Part shown: piece by piece, positions 50,239 to 62,824 of the stretch
Position numbering within the stretch: position 1 is the stretch's first letter
Layout of the letters: every line of letters begins with the position of its first letter
The notes under the pieces: model-generated
Told to the model about the DNA's origin: nothing
Seen by the model: the letters and a program-made list of their open reading frames with translations, nothing else
Databases searched by the model: none
Made by a program: the position numbers and the translations under genes
Assembly: GCA_051313645.2 (NCBI GenBank)
Contig: JBNRSN020000008.1
Span: 38,440,001 to 38,504,000, forward strand
Length of the DNA: 64,000 bases
Direction: 5' to 3'
Source: Centroscyllium fabricii
Taxonomy: Eukaryota

Positions 50239-50387
50239 GTGAGCAGAATCCTTTCCCACATTTCTCTTCCAGCCCTTCGTGGCCTGTCTTCTTTTGACTA
50301 AGTTTGCACGCCAACAGGCAGGTTTTAAAATCACATTGCACAACGTCAACAAGATTTTATTTAGTTCTAAATAAAGTATTTTATAGA

Positions 50388-50785
50388 AACATAGAAACTA
50401 GGAGCAGGAGTAGGCCATTCGGCCCTTCGAGCCTGCTCCGCCATTCAATGAGATCATGGCTGATCATCCAAACCCAGCACCCCGACCCTGCCCTCTCCCC
50501 ACATCCCTCGATCCCTATCGAGCCTGCACCGACACATATCCCACCCTATCCCCGTCACCCCAACTATTCAATCCCCCTAACACTAAGGGTCAATTTATCC
50601 TGGCCAATCAACCTAACCCGCACATCTTTGGACTGTGGGAGGAAACCGGAGCACCTGGAGGAAACCCACGCAGACACGGGGAGAATGTGCAAACTCCACA
50701 CAGATAGTACCCGAGGCTGGATTTGAACCCGGGTCTCCAGTGCTGTGAGGCAACAGTGCTAACAACTGTGCCACCGTGCCGCCCC
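50388..50785 (-). mobile_element. HE1-type V-SINE, full length
   Basis: A and B boxes, V-domain; 11-bp TSD TA(T/C)TTTATAGA. Confidence 0.92.
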
Positions 50786-51114
50786 TACTTTATAGAGTAG
50801 AGCTAGAGAATTCCGTGCAACTGTAAAACTCTTTCTTAATGCACAATATTCTACAAACAAGAAAAACTGACAACTGGAAATCAGAAATAAAAACGCATAG
50901 CTGATCGGGAGGCATCTGAAAGAGAACGAGAAGTTAACATTTCAGATAGGGCCCTTCACCCGAGTAGAATATGCTCTACACTTTAGGCCATTCTAACTTA
51001 GTGTTTTTTGTGTCAGAGAACTGACAGGTAAATTAAATACCTGTGACAACTGATGACCACAATTAGCAAAACTGCCTGACTGAACAAGTATTGCTTGCTT
51101 GCTTTTTGTTATAG

Positions 51115-51224
51115 GATATCAATTACACGGGTGACAGCGGACATATCCCTGGCCAAGCGTTCAGTCCTAAATAATCCCAGCAAGAGGACAATAATGGACC
51201 GTTCCAACACGCGCTCCAGTATAG
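51115..51224 (+). CDS. CACNB3: Cav-beta GK-domain exon, 110 nt
   Basis: ttgttatag|G...ATAG|gtatga; (R)[36 protein letters not shown]; the KRT and RSSI residues are beta-3-like. Confidence 0.95.
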
Positions 51225-51520
51225 GTATGACTCAAACTTGTTTTTTGTGTAGCGAAGTTAATTTTCAACGTTATTTCAATCTGGACATTAATTTCCACGC
51301 AATCATGAAACATAACAAACTGAAGCCGATTTTTGCATCATACAGCTTTACAATTTTACTCAATTATATCTTTCAAAAAAATTTCCCATTCCATTCCAGT
51401 TTGTCTTTTCATGTTTAAAGAATGGCAAAATTCACAATCCATGAGATAAAATACCCTCAAATGCAGGAATACTGAAATTAAAGCAGAAATGTTGGCATCT
51501 GAAACATTTTGGATGGGATC

Positions 51521-53415
51521 ATAGAATCATAGAATCATAGAAGATAGGAGCAGGAGTAGGCCATTCAGCCCTTCGAGCCTGCTCCGCCATTCGATGAGAT
51601 CATGGCTGATCTTTAGCAAGCTAGTACCCCGTCCCCGCCTTTTCTCCATAACCTTTAATCTCTTTAGCTTGAAGAAATATATCCAATTCCCTCTTGAATA
51701 TGTTTAATGAACTGGCCTCCACCGCCCTCTGTGGCAGGGAATTCCACAGGCCCACCACTCTCTGAGTGAAGAAATTCTTCCTCATGTCTGTCCTAAATGG
51801 TTTACCCCTTACCCTTAGACTGTGGCCCCTGGTTCTGGACTCACCCGCCATTGGAAACATTCTCTCTGAATCTAACCTGTCCAGACCTTTCAGAATATTA
51901 TACGTCTCAATGAGATCGCCTCTCAATCTTCTAAACTCCAACGAGTACAAGTCCAGACTACACAATCTCTCCTCATATGTCATTCCTGCCATTCCAGGAA
52001 TCAGCCTGGTGAAACGCCGCTGCACTCCTTCCATGGCAAGAACATCCTTCCTCAGGCGAGGCGACCAAAACTGTACACAATACTCGAGGTGTGGTCTCAC
52101 CAGTGCCTTGTACAGCTGCAGTAAGGTATCCTTGTTCCGATACTCGAACCCCCTTGATATGAAGGCCAACATACCATTTGCCTTCCTAACCGCCTGCTGC
52201 ACCTGCGTGCTCGCCTTCAGCGACTGGTGCACAAGAACACCCAGGTCTCTCTGCACCTCCCCATCTCCCAATCTATTGCCATTTAAGTAGTAATCTGCCC
52301 TCCTGTTTTTGCCCCCAAAGTGGATAACCTCACATTTATCCACATTGTAGTGCATCTGCCATCTATCTGCCCAGTCCCCCAACTTATCCAAATCGCCCTG
52401 TAACTTCCTGACACCCTCTTCTGAGCCTGCCCCCCCTCCTAGTTTGGTGTCGTCCGCGAATTTGGAGATATTACATTCAATTCCCTGATCCAGATCATTA
52501 ATATATATTGTAAACAGCTGAGGTCCCAGGACAGACCCCTGCGGTACTCCACTAGTCACCGGCTGCCACCCAGAAAACGAGCCGTTAATTCCAACTCTCT
52601 GTTTTCTGTCTGCCAACCAGTTCTCTATCCACATCAAAACTTTGCCCCCAATCCCATGAGCCTTAATTTTACATGCTAATCTTTTATGTGGAACCTTATC
52701 GAAAGCTTTCTGGAAGTCAAGGTACACCACATCTACTGGCTCTCCCCCATCTATTTTCCGAGTTACTTCCTCAAAGAATTCTAATAGATTAGTTAAACAT
52801 GATTTACCTTTTGTAAACCCATGTTGACTCTGTCCGATCTCATCCCTACTTGTCAAATGCTCCGAGATTACATCCTTGATGATGGACTCGAGCATTTTGC
52901 CCACTACTGATGTAAGGCTTACTGGTCTATAATTCCCTGCTTTCTCTCTGCCCCCCTTTTTAAATAGTGGGGTAACATTAGCCACCCTCCAATCCGTGGG
53001 TACTGATCCAGAGTCTATTGAGTTCTGGAAAATGATCCTTAATGCACCCTCTATTTCCGGGGCTACCTCTTTAAGTACCCTAGGATGTAGATTATCAGGC
53101 CCTGGGGATTTGTCGGCCTTCAATCCCTTCAACTTCCCCAAAACCATCTCCCTAGAAATACTGATATCTGTCAGCTCCTCCCTTGCATTGGACCCTATGT
53201 TCGCTGCTATCCCTGGGAGGTTGCTTGTGTCATCCTTTGTGAAGACAGTACCAAAATATGAATTTAGTTGGTCTGCCATTTCTTTATTCCCCATTATATA
53301 TTCCCCTGAATCGGACTGCAAGGGACCGACTTGGGATTTTACCAATCTTTTCCTCTTGATATACCTATAAAAGCTTTTGCAGTCAGTTTTTATGTTTGCC
53401 GCAAGCTTCCCTTCA
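51521..53415 (-). mobile_element. Young 5'-truncated CR1 (HER1-like) LINE
   Basis: ATTCTATG-repeat tail, candidate TSD GGATC, uninterrupted reading frame. Confidence 0.93.
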
Positions 53416-53426
53416 GGATCGTTCAT
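51621..53426 (-). CDS. CR1 ORF2 reverse transcriptase and C-terminus (601 codons, endonuclease missing)
   Basis: DKSPGPD, NYRPVSLTS, QHGF, YLDFQKAFD, GVPQGSVLGP, FADDTKL; no stops. Probably not expressed as such because the element is 5' truncated. Confidence 0.85.
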   Translation of the reverse strand: MNDPEGKLAANIKTDCKSFYRYIKRKRLVKSQVGPLQSDSGEYIMGNKEMADQLNSYFGTVFTKDDTSNLPGIAANIGSNAREELTDISISREMVLGKLKGLKADKSPGPDNLHPRVLKEVAPEIEGALRIIFQNSIDSGSVPTDWRVANVTPLFKKGGREKAGNYRPVSLTSVVGKMLESIIKDVISEHLTSRDEIGQSQHGFTKGKSCLTNLLEFFEEVTRKIDGGEPVDVVYLDFQKAFDKVPHKRLACKIKAHGIGGKVLMWIENWLADRKQRVGINGSFSGWQPVTSGVPQGSVLGPQLFTIYINDLDQGIECNISKFADDTKLGGGAGSEEGVRKLQGDLDKLGDWADRWQMHYNVDKCEVIHFGGKNRRADYYLNGNRLGDGEVQRDLGVLVHQSLKASTQVQQAVRKANGMLAFISRGFEYRNKDTLLQLYKALVRPHLEYCVQFWSPRLRKDVLAMEGVQRRFTRLIPGMAGMTYEERLCSLDLYSLEFRRLRGDLIETYNILKGLDRLDSERMFPMAGESRTRGHSLRVRGKPFRTDMRKNFFTQRVVGLWNSLPQRAVEASSLNIFKRELDIFLQAKEIKGYGEKAGTGY

Positions 53427-54029
53427 CAGAATTCAGTTCTGACTTCAGCCAAAACATTCAGCTCTCTTTTTGTCTGTATGAGGCGCTGGCTGCCTTGTTC
53501 TTTATTGCCAGCACTTGCTGCTGCCATTTCAGTATTTATGAAGCTGCATATTGATCGACTGCCCAGGATAGGGTTTGAACGCACTAACGGAGCGGTGAAA
53601 ATTAAGTGCTAATCAGTGTCTAGCATAATATTGGAGCTGCATTTTGGTGGGGTAAACAGGACCAAGAGAATCTGTGGGAGAATGTTTCTGAGGTAGATGA
53701 CAGGTTGTAGACCTCAGACACAGCTGCAGTCCTGCTGTAATACAGAACACCTGCAGGCAACAGCACCACGGTACCATTTAATACATCATTCCTTATACAT
53801 AATCCAGCCATCAAAAGGTACCTGTGCTTGATGTTGACAGACAAAACACACAAACGATTGGCCATAATTGCTCTTGCTAACTGGATTTTAAGTACAAAGA
53901 TAGGTTTTTTGCCTGGATGAAAACACCCAGCTCCAATCCGATTATGGAACATGATTCCAGTCTCTCCACATTAATCCAACTAACCGCTGCAGAGCATAAC
54001 ACAGAGCAGGATGTAGGGAAGAAGATGTT

Positions 54030-54437
54030 AGAAACATAGAAACATAGAAATTAGGAGCAGGAGTAGGCCATTCGGTCCTTCGAGCCTGCTCCGCCATTCA
54101 ATGAGATCATGGCTGATCATCCAAACCCAGTATCCCGCCCCTGCCTTGTCCCCATATCCCTCGATCCCTATCGAGCCTGCACCGACACATATCCCACCCT
54201 ATCCCCGTAACCCCACATATTCAATCCCCCTAACACTAAGGGTCAATTTATCCTGGCCAATCAAGCTAACCCGCACATCTTTGGACTGTGGGAGGAAACC
54301 GGAGCACCCGGAGGAAACCCACGCAGACACGGGGAGAATGTGCAAACTCCACACAGATAGTACCCGAGGCTGGATTTGAACCCGGGTCTCCAGTGCTGTG
54401 AGGCAACAGTGCTAACCACTATGCCGCCGTGCCGCCC
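54030..54437 (-). mobile_element. HE1-type V-SINE, full length
   Basis: A and B boxes, V-domain, CR1 tail. Confidence 0.92.
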
Positions 54438-54766
54438 ATGGCAGATGTTGAAATGCTCTTGCATTCTACTTTTGGGATCGATTTTTAAATTTAGTTCTGA
54501 TTTATTTTCCTCACTGTGCCTGCCCTTCGGGTATGCATTGCCTACAACAAGAGCGAATTGATTTGTTTTTTATATGATTCATATTTATAAATCCTCAGAA
54601 TATTGTCACTGATAATGAATGTTGAGCAGTATTAGATAATCCTCCCTGTAATACATGGGTATTCTGCAGCTCTACAAGTCAACTGCTTGATTGCAAAGTA
54701 GAACATTGAGTTCCTCGACAGACTCGCCTCAGTTAAGTGGCTTCTTTGGCTGACCACTAAAGGGAG

Positions 54767-54977
54767 ATAGTCAGAAAACAATGCTAGATGATAGGTAATT
54801 TTTCTAATGGCCCTTTATCACACCTCGGCCGTTAGAAAAATTACCTGTAATCATCTAGCATTGTTTTCTGACTATATATGCCGTGCCTACGCGCATCTCT
54901 TCACTTCACCTGAGGAAGGAGCAGCGCTCCGAAAGCTTGTGATTTCAAATAAAACTGTTGGACTATAACCTGGTGTG
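54767..54977 (+). mobile_element. Penelope-like pseudo-LTR with an inverted 5' extension; continues at 60588-60645
   Basis: Inverted repeat 54767-54812 / 54827-54875, hammerhead motif, AATAAA, tail shared with 7269-7327. Confidence 0.75.
54906..54942 (+). ncRNA. Minimal type I hammerhead ribozyme motif
   Basis: UCAC-CUGAGGA-A-GGAGC(AGC)GCUCC-GAAA-GC-UU-GUGA: intact core, 5-bp stem II, 4-bp stem I, palindromic AAGCUU stem III. Confidence 0.75.
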
Positions 54978-57900
54978 TGTTAAGTCCACGCTTTCGATCT
55001 ATAATAACAGCGGACTAGACTCCAAGGTATGAAACCAAGAGATGTTTATTCAATCGTTACAGAGTCTGGAACTGAGCATATCGCTCCACGTATGAACGCT
55101 ACACGTGTGGTAGACCGCGGTACTGCAATATTATGGCACTACACAAAGTAGTGCCCAGTACAATTCTCTTAAAGGTACATACACCACATTCCTCCCCTCT
55201 TAATTTACCTTTACGGTACAACATTTCAGGATACGAGGGGACTAACAATTAACTATTTATATAACAGTAAGTGCCACGTCTTCTGTGGTATTATCGTGGC
55301 AGATCGTCTGTTCCGTCGGTACCGTGGTTTGGGGCAACGCTTTATTGGCTACCATAGCCTTCACGATTTGGTCAGCGTGTCTTCTAATTTGCCCCTCTGG
55401 AGTGTCCACCGTGTATGATAATGGTCCTTGTCGATGACTGATAGTTCCAGTCTGCCATTTGTCATTTCGATAGTTTCTGGCAAACCATTCTTGACCCACC
55501 TCGAAGCTCCTGATTTCCCTGTCAGAAGCTTTTTGGAATATTCTGTTTTCCACATCACGTCTGATGTTAGGTTGTAACAGATCCAATCTACTGCGTAATC
55601 TCCTATTAAAAAAACAAGACTGCAGGCGCTTGATTAGTTATTGCATGGGCAACGTTACGGTATGCAAATAGAAAATTATATATTTTATGTTGTAAATCCA
55701 ACTTTCCTCCCCCCATGGCCTTGATTGCCTTTTTGAACGTCTGGACGAACCTTTCGGCCAATCCATTAGTGACTGGGTGATACGGTGCCGATCTGTAATG
55801 CCGTATTCCGTTCCTTTTTAAGAACGCTTGAAATTCCTCAGACACAAATTGAGGTCCGTTATCAGAACAGATTTGAGTGGAATCACCACTCTGGCCCCGC
55901 ACATTAACTGGCGAACATGGTCCGGAGAACCGCGACTGTCTTCTCCGCTGTGGTGGAGGACATTTTTATTACCTCTGGCCATTTAGAATGGGCGTCCACT
56001 ACCACCAGGAACATGGCATCCATAAATGGCCCCGTGAAGTCAATATGGATTCTTTGCTATGGGGATGATGGCCACTCCCAAGGGTGTAGGGGTGCCTGGG
56101 GCAGTGCATTCTGTACCATCTGGCAACCTGTACATTTTTTTGCCAGTTGTGCGATGTCTTTATCGATTCTAGGCCACCACAAGTATGCTCTGGCTAGGGA
56201 CTTCATCTTAACCCCGCCCAAGTGTCCCTCGTGTAAATCAGTTAAAAATTGTTTACGTAATTTGAGTGGAATCACCACTCTGGCCCCGCACATTAACGTG
56301 CCCCGGCAGACCGTCAACTGGTCTTTTCTAGTCACGTAATCTGGCCATAGATTAAGATCCTCCCTGGACCATCCTTTTATGGTGATGCTATGGATTTTAG
56401 ATAGAATGGGGTCATCTCTAGTTTCCCTTTCTATTTGTTGGCTGGTAACTGGTAATTGTTCCACCACTGCCGTGTGATATAGTTCTAGAGGATCTTGTTG
56501 TCCCCCCTCTCCTGTTTCTGGCAGAGGTAATCGAGACAGGCCATCCGCAATACCATGCCGCTTGGTTCCTTTGTGTTCTATGGTGTATTTGTGTGCACCC
56601 AAGAACAATGCCCATCATTGCAGCCTTTGAGCTGTCATCTGGGGAACCCCTTTTTCTGGGTGAAATATCGATACCAAGTGTTGGTGATCAGTTAATAGAG
56701 TGAATTTTTGCCCGTGTAAGTAGTGGTGAAACTTTTTCACCCCCCACACGAGGCTGAGTGCTTCTCGGTCTATCTGGGCATAGTTTTTCTCTGCAGTAGT
56801 GAGTCATTTAGACGCAAATGCGATTGGTCTTTCTGACCCATTGGGGCATTTGTGTGATAGCAGCGCAGCAATGCCATACGGGGATGCATCGCATGCCAGT
56901 TTGATGGGTAAGTTGGGATCAAAATGAATCTGTACCTCTCTTGAGGTGATCATGTTTTTGCTTTTCTGGAAAGCGGCCTCACAGGTTTTCTCCCACCTCC
57001 AGGGTGTTCCCACTTGGAGTAGTGCATTCAATGGATAAAGCACTGTTGATAAGTTGGGTAGAAACTTATGATAATAATTTATGAGTCCCAGGAATGACCG
57101 TAACTGGGAAACGTTTTCTGGGTGTAGAGCATTTACAACGGCCGCAATCTTGTCTGGCGATTTATGGAGGCCCTCGCTATCTATTTCATGCCCACAGTAT
57201 GAAATGCGGTCTTTGAAAAATTCGCACTTTGTTTGTTGGCCCGCAGACTATACAGGTTGAGCACCGTTAATCGGGCACGGGCGGGACCAGGCCCGTGCCG
57301 GGAAATGGAAAAAACCGGGAGAACGAGTTTGGACACTGCGCATGCGCGCCAGGCAAAATGGCCGCGCGCATGCGCGCAGCATTGCGATTGGCTGGCGCGC
57401 GAATGCGCAGTTCGGGCCCGGGTCCGCCGTCCCTCTCCATCGCCTTTGGGGTTGCTGCTGCCGCCGAGCGGGACTCAGGCTGACAGCTGTTGCTTAGTGA
57501 CTGTCCGCCTCAGTCACTAAGCAACAGCTGTGTGACTATGATCATTTTGAAGTAATAACAGAAAACGCTGGAGAAACTCAGCAGGCCAGGCAGCATCGGT
57601 GGAGAGAGAAGCAGAGTTAACGTTTCAGGTCGATGACCTTTCTTCAGATGCTGCCTGGCCTGCTGAGTTTCTCCAGAGATTTCTGTTGTTTCGGATCGAG
57701 AAAATAACGGGCGGCCGTATTGAATTATCTGCGCATGCGCTAACCGTCCGGTGACGCATGCGCAGATCATTCAAAACACCCGCAGCTGTTTTGAATGATC
57801 TGCGCATGCGCTCGGCGCATGCGCAGATCATTCGCTGAAGCCACGATGGGGGCTGCCATTTTGCGCATGCGCAGTGCAGTCGGGGCAGTTTGTGCCGGCA

Positions 57901-60587
57901 GACTGAAGCTGCCGGCTATTCGGGACACGGATTAACGGTGCTCAACCTGTATTCCTTTAGTCTCTCTAATACTGTTTCTAGATTGGCCAAATGTTCCCCA
58001 TCCGTTTTTCCCGTAACTAAAATGTCATCCAGGTAGCATTGTGTCCCTGGAATACCTTGCAATACCTGGTCCATGGCCTTCTGCCATATGGCTGGAGCTT
58101 ACACAATTCTGAATACCATTCGGTTGTATTGATACGGCCCTTTATGTGTATTGATGGTCAGCAGCTTTCTGGAATCCTGCTCCACCTCCATTTGAAGGTA
58201 CGTTTGCATAAGGTCAATCTTACTGAAGCGTTTTCCACCTGCTGAAGAAGCAAAAATGTCTTCAATTCTTGGTAATGGGCACTGTACGACCTTTAGAACA
58301 GGATTAATGGTCATTTTGAAGTCCCCACAAATGCGGACCTTTTTCTGTTCACCCTCCTTGTTTTGCGTTCTTTTAATTACTGGCACAATGGGCGTTGCCC
58401 ACTCGCTCCATTCGACCTTTGACAAAATCCCTTCTGCTTCAAGGTCTCTAGCTCTGCCTCCACAGCCGTTCTTATGGCGTAAGGTACTGACCGTGCTTTC
58501 GCAAATATTGGGGTTGCCCCTTGTGTAATCAACACTCTAGCGTTAATATTTTTTAACTTCCCCAGGCCAGGTTGGAAAACCTCTGGGTTTTTCTCCAATA
58601 TTGTTTTTAGTCTCCCATCAACTGATGGTTTATTATCGGCCTTACTCGAAATCTGGGGTTTGTTTATTGTACTCCAGTCGAGGTGGATCCTCCTGATCCA
58701 TTCCCGCCCCAGAAATGGTGCTCCCCCATCTTTCAGGACATATCAGTACAGTCCCTTTATTTGTTTTCCCATATATTGGACTGTTATGGGCAGCCTCCCC
58801 ATTGTCCAAAATTGTTGTCCTGTATATGTTTTTAGGATGACTGGGGATTCTTCTAAAGGCGCCCCCTGAATGCCTTCCTGTAAACTTTTTCGTTGATCAC
58901 CGAGAGTGCTGACCCCATGTCTAATTCCATAGATATCTCAACTCCCGCAACCTTGAGGGGAACCCATATCACACTACGATCTGTAGCATTCACCAAGTTG
59001 TGGACCTTGAGAGTTCCAAGACCCCATTCTTCTCTATTGGAGTTTTCTGATTCGTTACCCGAAACATCTTCAGAGAGTTTGTGTACTTTCTTACGCCTGG
59101 CCTGTTTCTGCAGCATTTTAGGTAGTTTCCCCGAGCTGCAAGCTGCCGCTATGTGGCCTATCTTGTCACACTGTCGACAGTCCTTGTCTTTAGCCCGACA
59201 CCTACTCTGATCGTGTGTGGTCTTGCCACAGCGGTAGCACTTTTTAGTGCATGTTGTAATTTCACGGGTATCGTAGTAGATCCCCTTGCTCCTTATCGTG
59301 GCTGCCCCGCAGCAGCTGCCTCGTGTGCTGCTGCAGTTTCTATCGCCTGGTCCAGTGTGAGCGTCTTTTTAGCTAAAAGTTCCTTTTGTGTAGATTCATC
59401 CAAAATTCCACACACAAATCTGTCCCTTAAGTATTTTGTCAGTTCTTCCCCAAATTCACAGTTTTTAGACAGTCTTCTGAGTTCCGTTATGTACTCTGAC
59501 TGTGACTCTCCTTTTTGTTGATCCCTTTTAAAGAACTTGAAGCGTTCTGCTATAAATGGGGGTTTGGGGTTTAAATTCTCTTTTAATATGTTAATAATCT
59601 CTTGCAGTGTTTTGTCTGCTGGCTTGTCTGGGGACACCAGGGTTCTCAACAACCCGTAAGTTTCAGGCCCCATTGCATTCAACAGAGTGTTTACTTTGTT
59701 GGCATCAGTTACTGTCTGTACTTTACAATAGATGTCAAAGCGTTCTAGGTATGCCTCCCAGTCTTCCTTCTCTAGCTGGAAGGCCCCGAAAGTGTTTAAT
59801 TTAGCCATGGTTGAAGTACTCCGAAGCGTTCAAAATGGCGTTTTCGTGCCTTTTTGCTTCTCTTCTGGTGCTTTTCCCGCCTCAAAATGGCATTTTCCCG
59901 CCCTTTTACTCTCCTTCCCCACTGAGTTTCCAATTTCCCCGCGATCATTGGGAAGGGTTGCACTCTACCTGCACTTTCCCGTTGTCCTGTGGTTGGAGGA
60001 CCACCCTTGATCCTCGACAACCTTCGTGTACGACTGCCTCTGTCGTTCTGGAACTTCTGTGTCGACCCCCGATGTGTGACTGTTTCTGTCATTGTCTACC
60101 TCTTGGTCGACATCCGATGTCCGACTGCTTCTGCTGGGCCATGTCCTCGATAGTGCCAACGCCACTCCCGATGTTGGAGTGCTGGCTGTCTTCGTTCCCT
60201 CTGCGTTACTGGAGAATCGCTGCTGCTCCCTCTTTTGGAGTGCAGGGTATGTTGCAGTGGTCGATGGTCGACTGTAAGAAATGAAAATTTTTCATTCTTT
60301 CTTTTGTAAGCCGATTACACTGCTGTGGATTCGACCGACCTCATCGCCATTGTTAAGTCCGCGCTATCACTCTATAATAACAGTGGACTAGACTCCAATG
60401 TATGAAACCAAGAGATGTTTATTCAATCATTACAGAGTCTGGAACTGAGTATATCGCTCCACGTACGAACTTATATATACACATGTGGTAGACCGCGGTA
60501 CTGCAATATTATGGCACTACACGAAGTAGTGCCCAGTACCCTTGAGTATTGTGTGAGTATTGTATTCTTAAAGGTACATACACCACA
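54978..60587 (-). mobile_element. Gypsy LTR retrotransposon, Mag-like, degenerate
   Basis: LTRs 54978-55188 and 60351-60587, PBS TGGCGATGAGG (tRNA-Ser-like), PPT AGAGGGGAGGAA, TSD about (T/G)TGTG; gag (LRDRFVCG), two knuckles, PR ELDMGS, RT, RH LACDAS, IN SDNGPQF. Confidence 0.93.
57253..57949. mobile_element. Tc1/pogo-like MITE inserted in the Gypsy RT; carries a hammerhead-type insert
   Basis: TIR CAGGTTGAGCACCGTTAATC / GATTAACGGTGCTCAACCTG, TA TSD. Confidence 0.9.
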
Positions 60588-61104
60588 TTGTGTGACTTCT
60601 TACATTTGTCCACCCCAGTCCAACACTGGCGCCTTCACATCATGTGTAGAAGGACTCAGATTAGAAGTCAGACTGTCAGTGTTTGACAGCTTCAAACAGC
60701 TGTGAAACACTGATATTTCAGCTGTCAAGACCTCTTGACAGATGAAATATCAATCTGTGATGTCACCTGTTGCTGGGTGGCCTTTATTTGGCCTGCTGGG
60801 CGGGTTCAACAAGGTCAATCAAGTTAAAATTGCGTGGGTTGGCCACATCTCAATGGAGGCAGGACTACAAGCCCGAAAGTTGTAGTCCTGCCTCCGGCGT
60901 TAAAATCATCACCGTTATATGTAAATTTTCACCAAAATACAATACAATGGGGTAAAGATTGCCAGGGTACCTTCGCGGCTGATTTTCCGAGATAGCGCCC
61001 TGAGAGGGAGGAGGGGTACTTCTGGAAGTGCCCCGCGTCCCTCTTGGGGCCCGGAGAAGCCAATATCGCGGCACTATGTGCCGCAGTACTTCCTCCCCTT
61101 GTTA

Positions 61105-61672
61105 ACATAGAAACATAGAAGATAGGAGCAGGAGTAGGCCATTCGGCCCCTCGAGCCTGCTCCGCCATTCAATGAGATCGTGGCTGATCATCCAAATTCA
61201 GTACTCTGTCCCTGCCTTCTCCCCGTATCCCTTGATCCCTTGATCCCTTTAGCCTTAAGGAATATATCCAACTCCTTCTTGAATATATTTAATGAACTGG
61301 TCTCTATCGCCCTCTGTGGCAGAGAATTCCACAGGTTCACCACTCTCTGTGTGAAGAAATTCCACCTCGTCTCAGTCCTAAATGGCTTACCCCTTATCCT
61401 TAGACTGTGACCACTGGTTCTGGACTCCCTGGCCATCAGGAACATCCTTCCTGCATCTAGTCTGTCCAGGCCTGACAGAATTTTATAGGTTTCGATGAGA
61501 TCCCCTCTCAATCTTCTGAACTCCAGTGAGTATAAGCCCAATCGACACAATCCCTCCTCATACTTCATTCCTGCCATCCCAGGTATCAACCTGGTGAATC
61601 TTCGCTGCACCCCTTCCATGGCAAGAACATCCTTCCTCAGATTAGGCGACCAAAACTGCACACAATACTCAA
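61105..61672 (-). mobile_element. CR1 3' fragment
   Basis: QFWSPNLRKDVLAMEGVQRRFTRLIPG...; 3' tail. Confidence 0.9.
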
Positions 61673-61754
61673 GGGGAGGGGCCTTGCACAGCGCTCTTGG
61701 AGCGCCAACGGGAGGTAGAAATCAACCAAATTTTGCCCCCAATATGTTCAAGTT

Positions 61755-61930
61755 CCTGGGTCAAAATCCTGGAACTCCCTACCGAATAGCATTGTGAGAG
61801 CACCTACATCACACAGACTGCAGTGGTTCAAGAAAAAGGCGGCCAACCACCTTCTGAAGAGCTGCTAGGGGATGGGCAATAAATGCTGGCCTTGCCAGTG
61901 ACCCCCACATCCTGAAAATGATTTTTTTTT
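61755..61930 (+). mobile_element. Non-LTR retrotransposon 3'UTR fragment (17110 family)
   Basis: GGGTCAAAATCCTGGAACTCCCT...GGGCAATAAATGCTGGCCTTGCCAG. Confidence 0.8.
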
Positions 61931-62824
61931 AAATACAGAGAAGATGTAATTTTTCTTTGTGTGTGTGTGTGTGTTTTGGAGCCTCTTCTCTCATCTTGTC
62001 ACGGGTGGATTTCAACAAAATATTGTATGACTAGTCCTGCGAATTACTCTTAAGTGGATCATAGTCTGCTGGACCTTAAAGCAAAAGACCCCTCCCCAAA
62101 GCAGTGAGGTTATGTTGTATTTACCTGACACAGGTGTGTTGACTTTTGCAGCAGCGCTGGAAGGTGTATGTGATGGCACTGTTGTCTCCAGTGGCATTGA
62201 GATGCAACTGAAGAGATGATTCTTCCCAGCAGCTCTGGAGGCAGTAGTGCCAATATAGTCGTCATCCAGCAGGGCACCATCATCTCTGGCTGCTGATGGG
62301 CTGAGTGTTCAGCCAACTCACAGATTAGCAATACACAGTTTCTCAGCTGGTGGTGTGCACATACCTTTCCCAGCTAATTGACAAAACTACAGCAGGCCGA
62401 AAATGTCTAGCCTGTTGCATTGTTCCACGGAAGCTCAGCGTAAACTCGAGGAACAGCACCAAACCGAAATCCCGAGTTGCGCCAAAATAACCATTTTTTT
62501 TCTTAAATAAATTGAAGGAAGTGACCAGCTTCAGCAGAAAAAATATGTTTTTACCTTGATGCCGTGCTGTTGATGCCGTGCTGAGGAAATAAACGGCCGA
62601 TATGCCGTTCCAAACGACCGATATGCCGTTCCCCGACTGCAAACTGGGCTGCAAACACAGCAATGTGCATGTGCATGTGATCTGCACATGCGCACTGGGC
62701 AAAATCTAAAAACTGAAAAATCCCGAAAACCGAGACCCACCCGGTCCCGAGGTTTTCAGATAAAGGGTTGTGTACCTGTATATATGTGTGTATATATATA
62801 TATATATATACATATACAGCTATA

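Noticed and set aside
50023-50352. 109-aa minus-strand ORF
   Set aside because: It is the antisense shadow of the real + strand exon and its pyrimidine tract.
53746-53817. 72-nt in-frame AG...GT segment as a cassette exon
   Set aside because: Poor pyrimidine tract, weak donor GTACCT, and it would interrupt the conserved GK domain; likely chance.
62000-62340. Possible minus-strand exon (LLDDDYIG...TPVSG followed by gtaaat)
   Set aside because: No identifiable family; it sits next to degenerate MITE sequence and cannot be supported without a search.
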